NCBI RefSeq assembly: GCF_000008365.1 | Contig: NC_006908.1 | Location: forward strand, 1 to 32,000 | DNA from: Mycoplasma mobile 163K | Lineage (GTDB): Bacteria > Bacillota_I > Bacilli_A > Mycoplasmatales > Metamycoplasmataceae | DNA length: 32,000 nt | Reading direction: 5' to 3' | Part shown: positions 12,768-23,218 of the stretch, in pieces | How positions within the stretch are numbered: position 1 is the stretch's first letter | How the letters are laid out: every line of letters begins with the position of its first letter | Made by a program: the position numbers and the translations under genes | The notes under the pieces: generated by a model | What the model saw: only the letters and a program-made list of their open reading frames with translations | The model's database searches: none | Told to the model about the DNA's origin: nothing

Positions 12768-13473
12768 AATTTCCTTTTATTCTAAAAACATAAAAGTTTT
12801 TATTTGTATTTAAACTTTGGTTATCTTTTAAAATATCAGTTTTTTTACCTAGTAATAATGGTGAAAAAATAAGCATATTGTCTTTTTTTAGTACATTTTG
12901 ATAAGAACTTTGCAAATAAAAATTATCAATTTTTAAAACATATTCTATATCAATTAAAGTATTTTCATTTTCATTTAAAAACTTTAAATTAAATGAGCTT
13001 TTAATTAGATCATTATTTTTATCTAGAAAATATATTTTTTCATTATTTATCAATTCAAAAGAAACATCAATAGACCAAAATACTCTTTGTTGAGTTTTAT
13101 ATTTTAGTTCAATTATAAGATCATTTTTATTTAAGTAAAAATTTAATTCTAAGTTTAAAAAATTTTTTATTTTGTCCAAATTTTTTACAATAACCATTTT
13201 TAAAAATTTATTTTTTTTATAAATTAAAGAAGCTTTTTCAAAAATGTTTCACTCTGAATTTATTTCAATTAAATCTAATAATTCTAAATTTTTTTCATAC
13301 AAAATTTCTTTAATTAGTGATTTTTGAACACCAAAAAAATTTACTTTATTAAATAACAATGTATTTTTAAAGTAAATTTTTTCTAATATATTATTTTGAT
13401 TTAATTGGACTTGAAAATCTCCTAAATCATATTTCATTAAATTAACCAATTTTCCGTTTGGAGAAAATATCAT
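12766..13473 (-). CDS. Hypothetical protein, last gene of the sugar ABC operon (235 aa; alternative ATG at 13437 gives 223 aa)
   Basis: Fragments 12766-13197 and 13249-13473 are in frame and joined by one TGA. I translated the gap as open. No motif recognised. Confidence 0.6.
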
Positions 13474-14749
13474 AAGTTACAGCAGCAGCTAAAACAATAC
13501 CTGTAATAATATTAATAAATGCAGCTTCAACTTGATTTACAACTAAACCAAGATTAATTGTAGCGATTATTAATGCCCCCATAATGGATCCAATAACTGT
13601 TCCAATTCCCCCAGCAACACTAGCTCCACCAATGAATATTGAAGAAATTACATTTAGTTCAAATCCTGCAGTTCCATTTGGTTGAGCTGCTTGAAAATTA
13701 CCTGCAAAAATAATACCAGCAAAAGAAGTTATAATTCCCATGATCACAAAAATAGCAAATGTTGTAAATTTAGCATTAATACCACTTAATTCAGCAGCTT
13801 TTCTATTCCCACCAATAGCATAAATAGATCTACCAAATTTTGTATATTTAGTTAAAATTACAAACAAAATAATTAAAATTAAAATATAAAGCATAAATAA
13901 TTGTAATCCAATTCTTGACATTGCTGTTAAAATAGCCAGAACAAAGAATAAACCAATAACAAATAATTGTTTAATCAAAAATACAAAAAGATTTTCAACT
14001 TCTAAATTATATTTTTTTGCTTTAAATCTTCTTTGAAATGAATAAGCTACTAGTAAAGATCCGATTACTAATAAAATTAAAAATGAAATAATTCAAAAAG
14101 GATTTTGAGTAGTTCCTAAATTAAAATCAGGAAAAGGAGCTTGAGAAAATTGTACAAAGCTTGTATCAAAATCGACAATTAAAGGTTGACCATTTGTTAA
14201 AACTAATTCAAGACCTTGAAAAATTAGCATCCCCCCCAGAGTAATAATGAATGCTGGAATTCTATAGTATCCAATCATAACACCTTGGATAATACCAACC
14301 CCTGCTCCTAATAACAAAGTAAGAATAATTGTTAGAAATATGTTTCCGCCAGTTACATTATTAAAAAGTGTTAAAGCAATTGCACTAGAAAATCCTAAAA
14401 GCCTCCCAACACTTAAATCTATATTTCCACTTACAATAACTAGCAACATTGGTAAACCAATTATAAAAATATACGAATTATTTCTTAATAAATTAACAAA
14501 CTGATTCGGACTAAAAAAAGTCAAGCCATTTCCTATTGAAACTGTCGAAAATACTAAGACCATCAGCCCTAATATATAAAACATTGAATACTTGTTAAAA
14601 TGTTTTAATCCTATTTTTAAATATTTGTTAATAAAAATAAAAAAGGATATTTTCAAAATATGGTTTTTTATTTTTTTAATGTTGTTTGTAAAAATATTTA
14701 GAGAATCAGAAATATTTTGTTTAAATTTATTAAACATATTTTGTTTCAT
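13442..14749 (-). CDS. Sugar ABC transporter permease (CUT2/RbsC-XylH-like, 435 aa)
   Basis: Fragments 13442-13978 and 14093-14764 are in frame, and I translated the gap as open. About 10 hydrophobic helices and a GNRKAAELSGINA loop typical of RbsC-family permeases. The first ATG is at 14749; the track start at 14764 is a TTG. Confidence 0.82.
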
Positions 14750-16295
14750 TTTTTTCCTTTCCAATTCCTAATTGAATTATTTTTTCCTGAGTTGCATCAG
14801 AAGTTTTTATTTGACCTTTAATTTTTCCTTGGGACATAACATAAATTCTATCTGTTGTTCCAAGTAATTCTTCAATTTCTGAAGAAATAATAACGATTGC
14901 TTTCCCTTGTAAGGCAAATTCTTGAAGTAGAGAATAAATTTCAAATTTAGACCCAACATCAATTCCTTTTGTAGGTTCATCAATAATTAATATTTCAAAT
15001 TTTGTTGTTATAGCTTTAGCGATAACAACTTTTTGCTGATTTCCACCACTTAGTGTTTCAACTTTGTAATCAATATTTGGAACTTTGATTTTAATTTCCT
15101 TTTTTAATTCATTACTATTTTTAATTTCTTTATTTAAATTTAAAAATCCAAATTTTGAATTTAAATTCATGGCAGCTAAATTGATATTAAAATTGATATC
15201 AAAAATTTGAATTAATCCAGTACCTTTTCTATCTTCGGTTGCATACATTAATTTATTTGTAATTGCTTTTTTAGGGGAGTTTATATTCATTTTTTTTCCA
15301 TTAATAAAAATTTCTCCCGAAAGTACTTTTCCATATTGTTTTCCAAAAATACTTAAAGCTAATTCACTTCTTCCAGATCCTACAAGACCACTAATTCCAA
15401 TTATTTCACCTTTTTTAACATTAAAACTAGCATCTTGTACAACATTATACCCATCTAATTTAGGGTGTTCAACAGTAAAGTTTTTTACTTCTAAAGCAAT
15501 TTCTCCAATTTTCCTTTGAAGATTTTTCTCTGGAAATTTGGAAGATAATTGTCTTCCAACAATATCTTTAATTAATTGATCTTCAGAAATTTTAGTAGTT
15601 TCTTTGTTATATTGGGAAATAAATTTTCCATCTCTTATTACAATAATTTCATCTGCAACATATTCTACTTCATTTAATTTATGACTTACAAAAACGCTTG
15701 TAATACCACTTTTTTCTTTTAAATTCTTCATAATATTCAGAAGTTCAAAACTATCTTTATCATTTAAAGAAGAAGTAGGTTCATCTAAAATTAAAAGCTT
15801 TACCTCTTTACTTAAAGCTTTTGCAATTTCTACTAATTGTTGTTGAGCAACTGATAGATTAATCGCAAGAGTTCTAGGATCTATCTTAGGTAAGCCAACC
15901 TTTTCTAAAAGTTTTTTTGCTTCCACAATCATTTGATTTTGGTTTAAAATCCCAAATTTAGTTTTAAAATTTCCAATGAAAATGTTTTCATAAACTGGTA
16001 AATATGGAGAAATAGAAAGTTCTTGATGGATTATTGCAATTCCATCAGAAATTGAATCATTAATACTTTTGTAATGTTTTTCTTTACCTTCGTAAATAAT
16101 TCTGCCTTCTATTTTGTTAAAGGGAATAACACCAGAAATAACTTTTAACAAAGTTGATTTACCAGCCCCATTTTCGCCTACAATACTAGTAATTTTAGCT
16201 TTTTTCAAGTTAAAACTAACATCATTTAAAGCAATTACACCAGGATATTTTTTAGTCACATTTTCAAATTGAAAAATGTAATCATTTTTATTCAT
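14730..16295 (-). CDS. Sugar ABC transporter ATP-binding protein with duplicated NBD (521 aa)
   Basis: Intact ORF. Two Walker A sites (GENGAGKST, GLVGSGRSE), two signature motifs (LSVAQQQ, LSGGNQQK) and two Walker B motifs (LILDEPT, LIIDEPT). Confidence 0.93.
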   Translation of the reverse strand: MNKNDYIFQFENVTKKYPGVIALNDVSFNLKKAKITSIVGENGAGKSTLLKVISGVIPFNKIEGRIIYEGKEKHYKSINDSISDGIAIIHQELSISPYLPVYENIFIGNFKTKFGILNQNQMIVEAKKLLEKVGLPKIDPRTLAINLSVAQQQLVEIAKALSKEVKLLILDEPTSSLNDKDSFELLNIMKNLKEKSGITSVFVSHKLNEVEYVADEIIVIRDGKFISQYNKETTKISEDQLIKDIVGRQLSSKFPEKNLQRKIGEIALEVKNFTVEHPKLDGYNVVQDASFNVKKGEIIGISGLVGSGRSELALSIFGKQYGKVLSGEIFINGKKMNINSPKKAITNKLMYATEDRKGTGLIQIFDINFNINLAAMNLNSKFGFLNLNKEIKNSNELKKEIKIKVPNIDYKVETLSGGNQQKVVIAKAITTKFEILIIDEPTKGIDVGSKFEIYSLLQEFALQGKAIVIISSEIEELLGTTDRIYVMSQGKIKGQIKTSDATQEKIIQLGIGKEKNETKYV

Positions 16296-16317
16296 TTGTT
16301 AATCTCTTTTAAACTTA

Positions 16318-17934
16318 TTAAAATGTGAATAAAGTATTAACATTTGCACTTGTAACAGTAATTGGAGTTAATAAGAAAGTAATGATTTCTTTACCAGAAG
16401 ATGTTTTAAAATTTGTTCTATCAATACTAAATTTAATTAAAGGATTACGAACAGAAACAAATTCTTCTAGAGATTTTAATTGTTCAACAGTTCAAGCATT
16501 AGAAGCTCTAGTAGCAGCATTATTTGTGATTAAGTAATCTAAAATTGTTAAATTAACAGCAGTTAGATCAAAATCTGATTTTAAAACAGTCATGCTCTGA
16601 CCACCCTTATTTTTAATATTAACAACAGAAGTATCAATTGAATCTTGACCTGTTACATAAATTTTGCTTAAATCAAGTCTTGTTGCTCTTAAACCACCAA
16701 TAATTGAAATAGCTAAATTATCATTAGGTGCTAAAATTCCTCTCAAACTATTTCTTTGAGTTTCATTAGCAGCATCAATTCTTGTTTGATAATTGTTTCT
16801 AGCTGTTGTAGCATTTCAACCTGCAGTAGAAACCGAATTAAAATCTTCAGCTCCTAAGTAAGAAAAATTAGTTCCATAAGCTGTTTTGAATGCATCTAAA
16901 ACAGCTTTTGCTCCATTAAAGAATAATTGAGCATTGTTGTCAGCAGGATCTCCTGCAAAAAGCATTGCTGAAATAACCGGTTTATTTTCCATATTATTAA
17001 TAAAAGTAGTCATTTCATTAGTGTTAGCAAAAGGAGTTGTTCTACCAACTAATCCTGAAGCAAGAGCAAGTCCTTGTAAAGTTCCGACTCCAACATTATC
17101 AAAAGTTGTATAAAAATTATAAGAAGATGAATCATTTAAAATTAATCTATCATAAGCAACAACAGGTTTTCCAGCAGTAGCAGCAGATGTTAGAGATGCT
17201 CCAACTCCAGCTGATTCTGAAGCCCCTAAAGCAATACCTTTAACATTATTGTTAGAAATTTGATTTTGTAAAAAAGTATTTTGATTTGGTTGACTAATTG
17301 TATTATTTCCAAAAGTAGTAAAACCTAATTGAGTAGTATTTTGAAGACTAAATTTTAAAGCATCATCTCATCTTTTGTTTGTGTTATCCCCAAAAGCTGT
17401 TGCTATTGCTCCATTTTTAAAATTGGCTACAGGTGCTTTAAAACCAGGAATTTCAACTACAACAATAGATTCATTTCTATTTGATTGACTAACTGTTCCT
17501 TTTGAAAAATAAATAGGAACATTTACAACAGTATTAAATCTTGCATTAATTACAGGTGCTCCCATCCTAATTGAAACATCATTAGGTGTTCCAGGCAAAG
17601 TTGCAAGTATAGTAAAATCAGCAGCAGTAACAGTATTTGAAGCTTTAGTTTTTGATGCATCTAAAACACTAACTAAAGAAGCACGTTGTACATCACTTAA
17701 AGAAGAAACATATGTATTTACATCTGCTACATCTGCAGAAGCTCCATCCATAACACCAAAAATTGATTGCCCAGCCTTGTAAATTACTGTTCCTGTTTTT
17801 GTGGTTACTGCAACTGGTAAAATTTGATTAGCAACAGCTGCTGTATTTGTTCCGCAAGCTACAACTGTAACAATTGGAACTGCTCCCATTGCCACAACAC
17901 CACCAATTAATAAAAGTTTTTTCGATTTTGTCAT
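16318..17934 (-). CDS. Sugar-binding lipoprotein (PBP type 1) with an extra N-terminal domain of about 160 aa (538 aa)
   Basis: Lipobox VTVVAC. Three track fragments are in one frame, and I hand-translated both gaps and the tail to TAA 16318-16320. The KPVVAYDRLI and GQDS motifs are typical of XylF/ChvE/RbsB-like binding proteins. Confidence 0.78.
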
Positions 17935-18297
17935 ATATTTATAATCTCCTTGTTAAAATTAAATTTGTTTTTAGGGACTGATTGCTAGTTTTAAACAAAC
18001 AACTTCAAATCTCCTTAAATGTATTATAAATTAAAAAACTAAAAAAATTTATTTTGAACAATTAAATGTCAAAAAATTTACTATTATGAATAAATTTACC
18101 TTAATTTTTGAAAATTTTGCTTTTTATAAAAAATATTTTAATGAAATTGGAATAATTTTAAATAATTTTTGAAAATTTCAAATTTTTTACTCAAACTCTT
18201 ATAACATTTTATGTTTTAAAAATATTAAAAAAAAGTTACTATTTTTTATAAATTTTTCAAAAAAATAGCAATAATAAAAAGACTAAAAGGAGAAAAG

Positions 18298-20826
18298 ATG
18301 AAATACGATAAAGAGCAGGTTTTGCATTTAAACAAGACAATTGAAGCACATTTTCCACATATTTTTAAAATAAGTGATGATATGCAAATTTCACACCAAG
18401 GAGTATCAAGAATGGTCATGCTTGATCGGTACTCTTTAAAAGATGAATCATTAGCAACATTAGCTGAAGGAGATTTTGTAATTGTAAAAATTAAATATGA
18501 TCCAATGTTTCCTTCTTTAGGACTTGGAACCGTTTTAGGGTTCCAAAACGGAAGTGTAAGAGTGCAAATTCTTCCAGAATATGTACATCAAATCGATCCG
18601 ATTATTTTAGATAAAGAAAAAAAATTAGATGATGTTGTATGAGTACCAAAATCATACATTTCAAAACCTTTAGAAATATATTATGAGCAAATTGCAAAAA
18701 GAGTAGGTTTTGCAATTTCAAAAGATGAATCAAAAAAACACATTGAAGCAATTACTAAGGAATTAGCTGATAAAAATATTATTCCTGCAGGGAGAATTTT
18801 ATATGGAGCGGGTTCAAAAAAAGAAGTAACATTTTTTAACTGTTATGTAATGCCTATGATCCAAGATTCACGTGAAGGTATTTCAAAGCATCGTGGACAA
18901 ATTATGGAAATTATGTCTCGTGGTGGAGGAGTTGGAACAAACGGATCTTCTTTAAGACCCAAGGATGCAATTGCAATTAGTGTTGGTGGAAAAAGTAGTG
19001 GAGCAGTTTCATGATTAAATGATATTTCTCAATTAACTAATTTAGTGCAACAAGGTGGTTCTCGTCGTGGCGCTCAAATGATCATGTTAGGCGTTTGACA
19101 TCCTGATATTGTTGAATTTATAATTTCAAAAATGCAAAAACCTAACATTTTAAAATTCATTAAAGATAAATTTCATCATCCTTTAATAAAAGAAGCTGTA
19201 AATTTTAAATTGAATTTTAGACCTCTATCTCAAGAAAAACAAATGAATATTGACGCTATTCTAGCTCATAAAAATTTAATGCCTCATGGAGTTGTTGTTA
19301 ATGCAGAGAATTTAAAAAAAGCAGGTGGTGAATATGAAATTAATGATCCAGGATTTTTATCAGGTGCAAATATTTCTGTAGCCTTAACTAGCGATTTCAT
19401 GGATGCTGTTAAAAACAATGAAATGTATGAATTAAGATTTCCGGATTTAGAAAAATTTACAAAGGAGCAAAAAGCTTTTTATGATAAAGAATGACATAAC
19501 ATTGGAGATGTAAAAGAATGGGGAAAATTAGGTTATCCTGTTAAAGTTTATTCAACTATTAAAGCTAAAGAATTGTGAGATTTAATTAATTTATGTTCAA
19601 CTTATTCAGCTGAACCAGGGGTATTTTTCATTGATAGAGCAAATGAATTAACAAATGCTCAGTCATATGGACAAAAAGTTGTTTGTACAAATCCTTGTGG
19701 AGAACAACCTCTTGCTCCTTATTCGGTATGTAATTTAGCAGCAATTAATTTAGCAAATTTTGTTGATAAACATACTGGTAAAATCGATTATCCAAAATTA
19801 GAAAACACAGTTAAACTAGGTATAAGATTTCAAGACAATATTATCGATAAAACTTATTATTTTTTAAAAGAAAATAAAGACCAAGCACTTGGAGAAAGAA
19901 GAGTTGGACTTGGAGTTATGGGTCTTCATGACATGTTAATTTGAAGTGGTTTAAAATATGGCTCAAAAGAAGCAAATAAAGTTGTTGATAAAGTATTTGA
20001 AACAATCGCAACAAGTGCATATTTAACTTCAATTGAGTTAGGAAAAGAAAAAGGATCATTTCCATTTTTTACTAGTGTTGAAAGATTTTTACAGAGTGGT
20101 TATGTTAAAAAATTACCTCAAATTGTTATTGATGCCTTTAAAAAAACTAAAGCAATTCGTAATTCACACTTATTAACAATTGCACCAACAGGTTCAACAG
20201 GTACAATGGCAGGTGTTTCGACCGGTCTAGAACCTTATTATGCTTTCAAATATTTCCGTTCAGGTAGATTAGGTAAATTTATTGAAGTTGATCAAGATAT
20301 TGTTGCAGAATGAAAAAAAATTAAGAATTGACCTGCCGATAAAGCTTTACCAGAAATTTTTTCTTCAGCAATGGATTTAAAACCTGAAGAACATGTTAAA
20401 GTTCAAAACTTAATTCAAAGATGAATTGATTCATCTATTTCAAAAACTGTTAATGCTCCAAAAGGATATTCTGTTGAAGATGTTGAAAAAGTATTCATGT
20501 CTTTATATGATGGTGGCTCAAAAGGTGGAACTGTTTATGTAGATGGTTCTAGAGATGCTCAAGTTTTATCTCTTTCAAACGAATTAAATGATTTAAATGA
20601 AGGTGATGATCCAACAAGACCTCTTATTATTGCTGAACATACAAGAAAAGAAATTGAACAACTTGAGAAAAAAGTCTCTTCAGAACCTATTAACAAAGAA
20701 ATTGTTAAAAAATACGGAACTGAAATCGGAAACACTTGCCCAATTTGTAAAAATGGAATAGTTCAAGAAATTGGGGGATGTAATACATGTAGCGTTTGTG
20801 GAACTCAAATGCTTTGTGGTTTGTAA
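18298..20826 (+). CDS. nrdJ: Class II adenosylcobalamin-dependent ribonucleotide reductase (842 aa)
   Basis: TNPCGEQPLAPYSVCNL active-site loop, SRGGGVG and GGSRRGA motifs, and a C-terminal CPIC...CNTCSVC redox/zinc tail. Three fragments in one frame are joined by TGA. SD aaaggag lies upstream of the ATG. Confidence 0.9.
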
Positions 20827-20827
20827 A

Positions 20828-21331
20828 ATGTTGCATATTTATTATGGTTTTGGTAAAGGTAAAACAAGCACTTTAAATGGTTCTGCAATTAGAGCAAAAG
20901 GAGCAGATTTCAAAGTCGTAATTTATCGTTTTTTAAAAGGTGTAAAAACATCAGAAGATGAAGTTCTTGAAAAAGTAGGAATTTTTGTTAAAAAATTACA
21001 TCAGGGAACAAAATTTGTCTTTCAAATGAACGGAGAAGAAAGGCTTAATCTTCAAACTTTTATAAAAAAAGAATTGAAAGAAATTATCAAAATAAAAAAA
21101 GAATTTAATTTTTTTTGTTTTGATGAAATTATTGATTTAGTTGAAGTAAAATTAATCACAGAAGATGAATTGATTTCTTTTTTAGAGCATTTTGAAGAAT
21201 ATGAAGTTTTATTAAGTGGTCATTATGAGCTTAAAAAACTTTTTGAAAAAGCCGATTTAATCACTTTTTATGAAGCTAAAAAACATTATTTTGAAAAAGG
21301 TATTCAAGCAAGAAAAGGTATTGAACTTTAA
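20828..21331 (+). CDS. cobO: ATP:cob(I)alamin adenosyltransferase, CobO/BtuR/CobA type (167 aa)
   Basis: N-terminal P-loop YYGFGKGKTS followed by RAKGADFKVVIYRFLKG, matching the CobA/BtuR pattern. ATG lies 1 nt after the nrdJ stop. The upstream extension in the track (start 20771) overlaps nrdJ and is not credible. Confidence 0.8.
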   Translation: MLHIYYGFGKGKTSTLNGSAIRAKGADFKVVIYRFLKGVKTSEDEVLEKVGIFVKKLHQGTKFVFQMNGEERLNLQTFIKKELKEIIKIKKEFNFFCFDEIIDLVEVKLITEDELISFLEHFEEYEVLLSGHYELKKLFEKADLITFYEAKKHYFEKGIQARKGIEL

Positions 21332-21415
21332 TTAAATATCATAATGATTTAAAAATATTAAATTTAATTCTCTCTTTTTATTAAAGTAAAATTTTTAGTT
21401 TAATATTATAAATTA

Positions 21416-21447
21416 AAAAAGCATTTAGCTTATAGCGGATGCTTTTT
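21416..21447. terminator. Bidirectional terminator hairpin
   Basis: aaaaagcat-(14 nt)-atgcttttt, located between convergent genes. Confidence 0.6.
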
Positions 21448-21462
21448 ATTAATCTTTCTAGG

Positions 21463-21813
21463 CTAAAGTATTTTAACTTTAAGCTCTTTTTGAATTGTAG
21501 GAAGTGATTTTATCAAAGCAATATCTTTTTCAACATTTTCAAGTCTATTTTCAATTTTATCTAATCTTGTGTTTATACTTTTAGAAAGATTTTCAATTTT
21601 AGTATCAAAACTTTTAGAAAGATTTTCAATTTTAGTATCAAAACTTTTAGAAAGATTTTCAATTGCATTTAAAATATTTTGATTTGATTTTGTAGCTTCT
21701 TTTTTGATAAAAACTCCTTCAATAATATATTTATAAAAATTACCATCATTAAAAATTTCTTCTAATTTTTGAATTTCTGATTTTCTTATTATTTCTAATA
21801 TTTTCTTTTTCAA
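21463..21813 (-). CDS. Small coiled-coil protein with an internal 11-aa tandem repeat
   Basis: 116-aa intact ORF with a heptad-like C-terminal half (ENLSKSFDTKI x2.6, then LDKIENRLENVEKDIALIK). Confidence 0.7.
   Translation of the reverse strand: MKKKILEIIRKSEIQKLEEIFNDGNFYKYIIEGVFIKKEATKSNQNILNAIENLSKSFDTKIENLSKSFDTKIENLSKSINTRLDKIENRLENVEKDIALIKSLPTIQKELKVKIL
21578..21664. repeat. 33-bp in-frame tandem repeat, 2.6 copies
   Basis: cttttagaaagattttcaattttagtatcaaaa occurs at 21578-21610 and again exactly at 21611-21643. A partial copy runs 21644-21664. Confidence 0.9.
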
Positions 21814-22566
21814 TGTTCTCCTTTAATTTTATCTTTTTTGTATAAAAATTTAAAAAGTTTCAATTTTTTAAAGTTTTAAATTTTGTTATTGCAAATTTAA
21901 TTCAAGTAAAAAATCATTTTTTACAATAACTTATTTTAAGTATTTCTGAATGTCTTATTTTGTGTTTTTCAAAAACTTATAAAAACTTATTTTAATTTTT
22001 TCAAGCATCAAAATGAATTAAAGCAAACTATTGAGAATATTTTCTTTTGCATTTCTTGTTATATTGTTAAATTTTTTATTAATTTTAATTACATTTATCA
22101 AAAACACAATATTATTCTCTTTATTCAATAGATTTTTTAAGATACAATATTTAAATTTTCGTGAAATTTTAAATTTATCATTTATAAGAATTTAATACTA
22201 TGTTTTAAAAATATCTTTTTAGATTTTCAAGCTCGTAAATTTTAAAAGAATTATTTTATTTTTACTTATTAAACCTACCTTTCAATTATAAATAACTAAA
22301 AATAAGCCTATTTTAATAAATAATTAATTTTAAAAAGTGCTATTTATTTTTTAACTTTTGCTTTTTAAAATATTTTAAATTCAAAAAAATTATTTTTAAA
22401 TAAAATAGATATATTGTTTGATTTACATTTATTATTTAAAGAATTTTATGCAGAAATAATTTTCACCCAATTAAGTATAAATAAAGATAAAACATTCCAA
22501 TTTTTTAAAGAAAATTAAAAACATTTTATAATTTAAATGTAACTTAAATTAAATAGAGGAGAAAAT

Positions 22567-23049
22567 ATGAACCCAAAAAACATTAATAATGTTGAATTAA
22601 ACCCAATAAAAACAGTCGGAAGATCAGGGAACGCACTTGCTTTAGTTAATAACACAAAGCAAAATATTAGCTATTGATATTCTGATAATGGCGCTAATAA
22701 ATGGTACTTACACACAATAGGAGCAAATTTATCTACTTGAGATTGGCAATGATCAAACTTTTGAACAGGATATGCACTAGTAATAGAAGTACCACTTAAT
22801 GATAAAGAATCAAAATATATTGTTCCTGCTTTTTCAGAATATAAAAAAGAGGAATTTAAATTAACCGAATTTCCTATGACAGATATTTATACTCAAATCG
22901 CACTTAAAAATAAAGCTCCATTATTCAATAATGGAAAATGAATTTTGGAAAATACTTCCTTATATCCAGGTAAAATTGATAGTTTTGCAACTCATCATAC
23001 AAGATTTGTTTTAGAAAATGATGGATCTTTTTCCTGAGTTAATTTTTAA
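22567..23049 (+). CDS. Trp-rich small protein, paralog 1 (160 aa, 6 UGA + 2 UGG Trp codons)
   Basis: Absent from the track. I translated every codon by hand and found no TAA/TAG before 23047-23049. Strong SD gaggag lies 5 nt before the ATG, and TATAAT is at 22527-22532. A terminator hairpin follows. Confidence 0.8.
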
Positions 23050-23070
23050 AAACAAAGTAAGCAATTAGTT

Positions 23071-23106
23071 AAAAAATAGAAATTAAAATATTAATTTCTA
23101 TTTTTT
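23071..23106 (+). terminator. Rho-independent terminator
   Basis: aaaaaatagaaattaa-aata-ttaatttctatttttt. Confidence 0.7.
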
Positions 23107-23218
23107 AATTTTAAATCTTTTAATTAATAAAAAGTTTGTCTTCTAGTTTTATTTTTCTACTTAATTTTACAAATTTTTCCAAAATATTTTATAATTTTAT
23201 TTGAAAGAAGAGGAAAAT

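Noticed and set aside
12766-13473. Assigning the last gene of the sugar operon as an aldose epimerase/mutarotase
   Set aside because: The position after a sugar transporter is suggestive, but the protein is shorter than typical mutarotases and I see no diagnostic catalytic His/Glu motifs.
17935-18297. Cobalamin riboswitch or NrdR boxes upstream of nrdJ
   Set aside because: There is no G+C-rich conserved core (no GCCACTG-like B12 box) and no structure-rich segment. The palindromes present do not match the acaCwAtATaTwgTgt NrdR consensus.
20771-20827. Upstream extension of the cobO ORF (track start at 20771)
   Set aside because: The extension overlaps the conserved C-terminal Cys-rich tail of nrdJ in another frame. 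The CobO-type P-loop begins right after the ATG at 20828, which lies 1 nt after the nrdJ stop.
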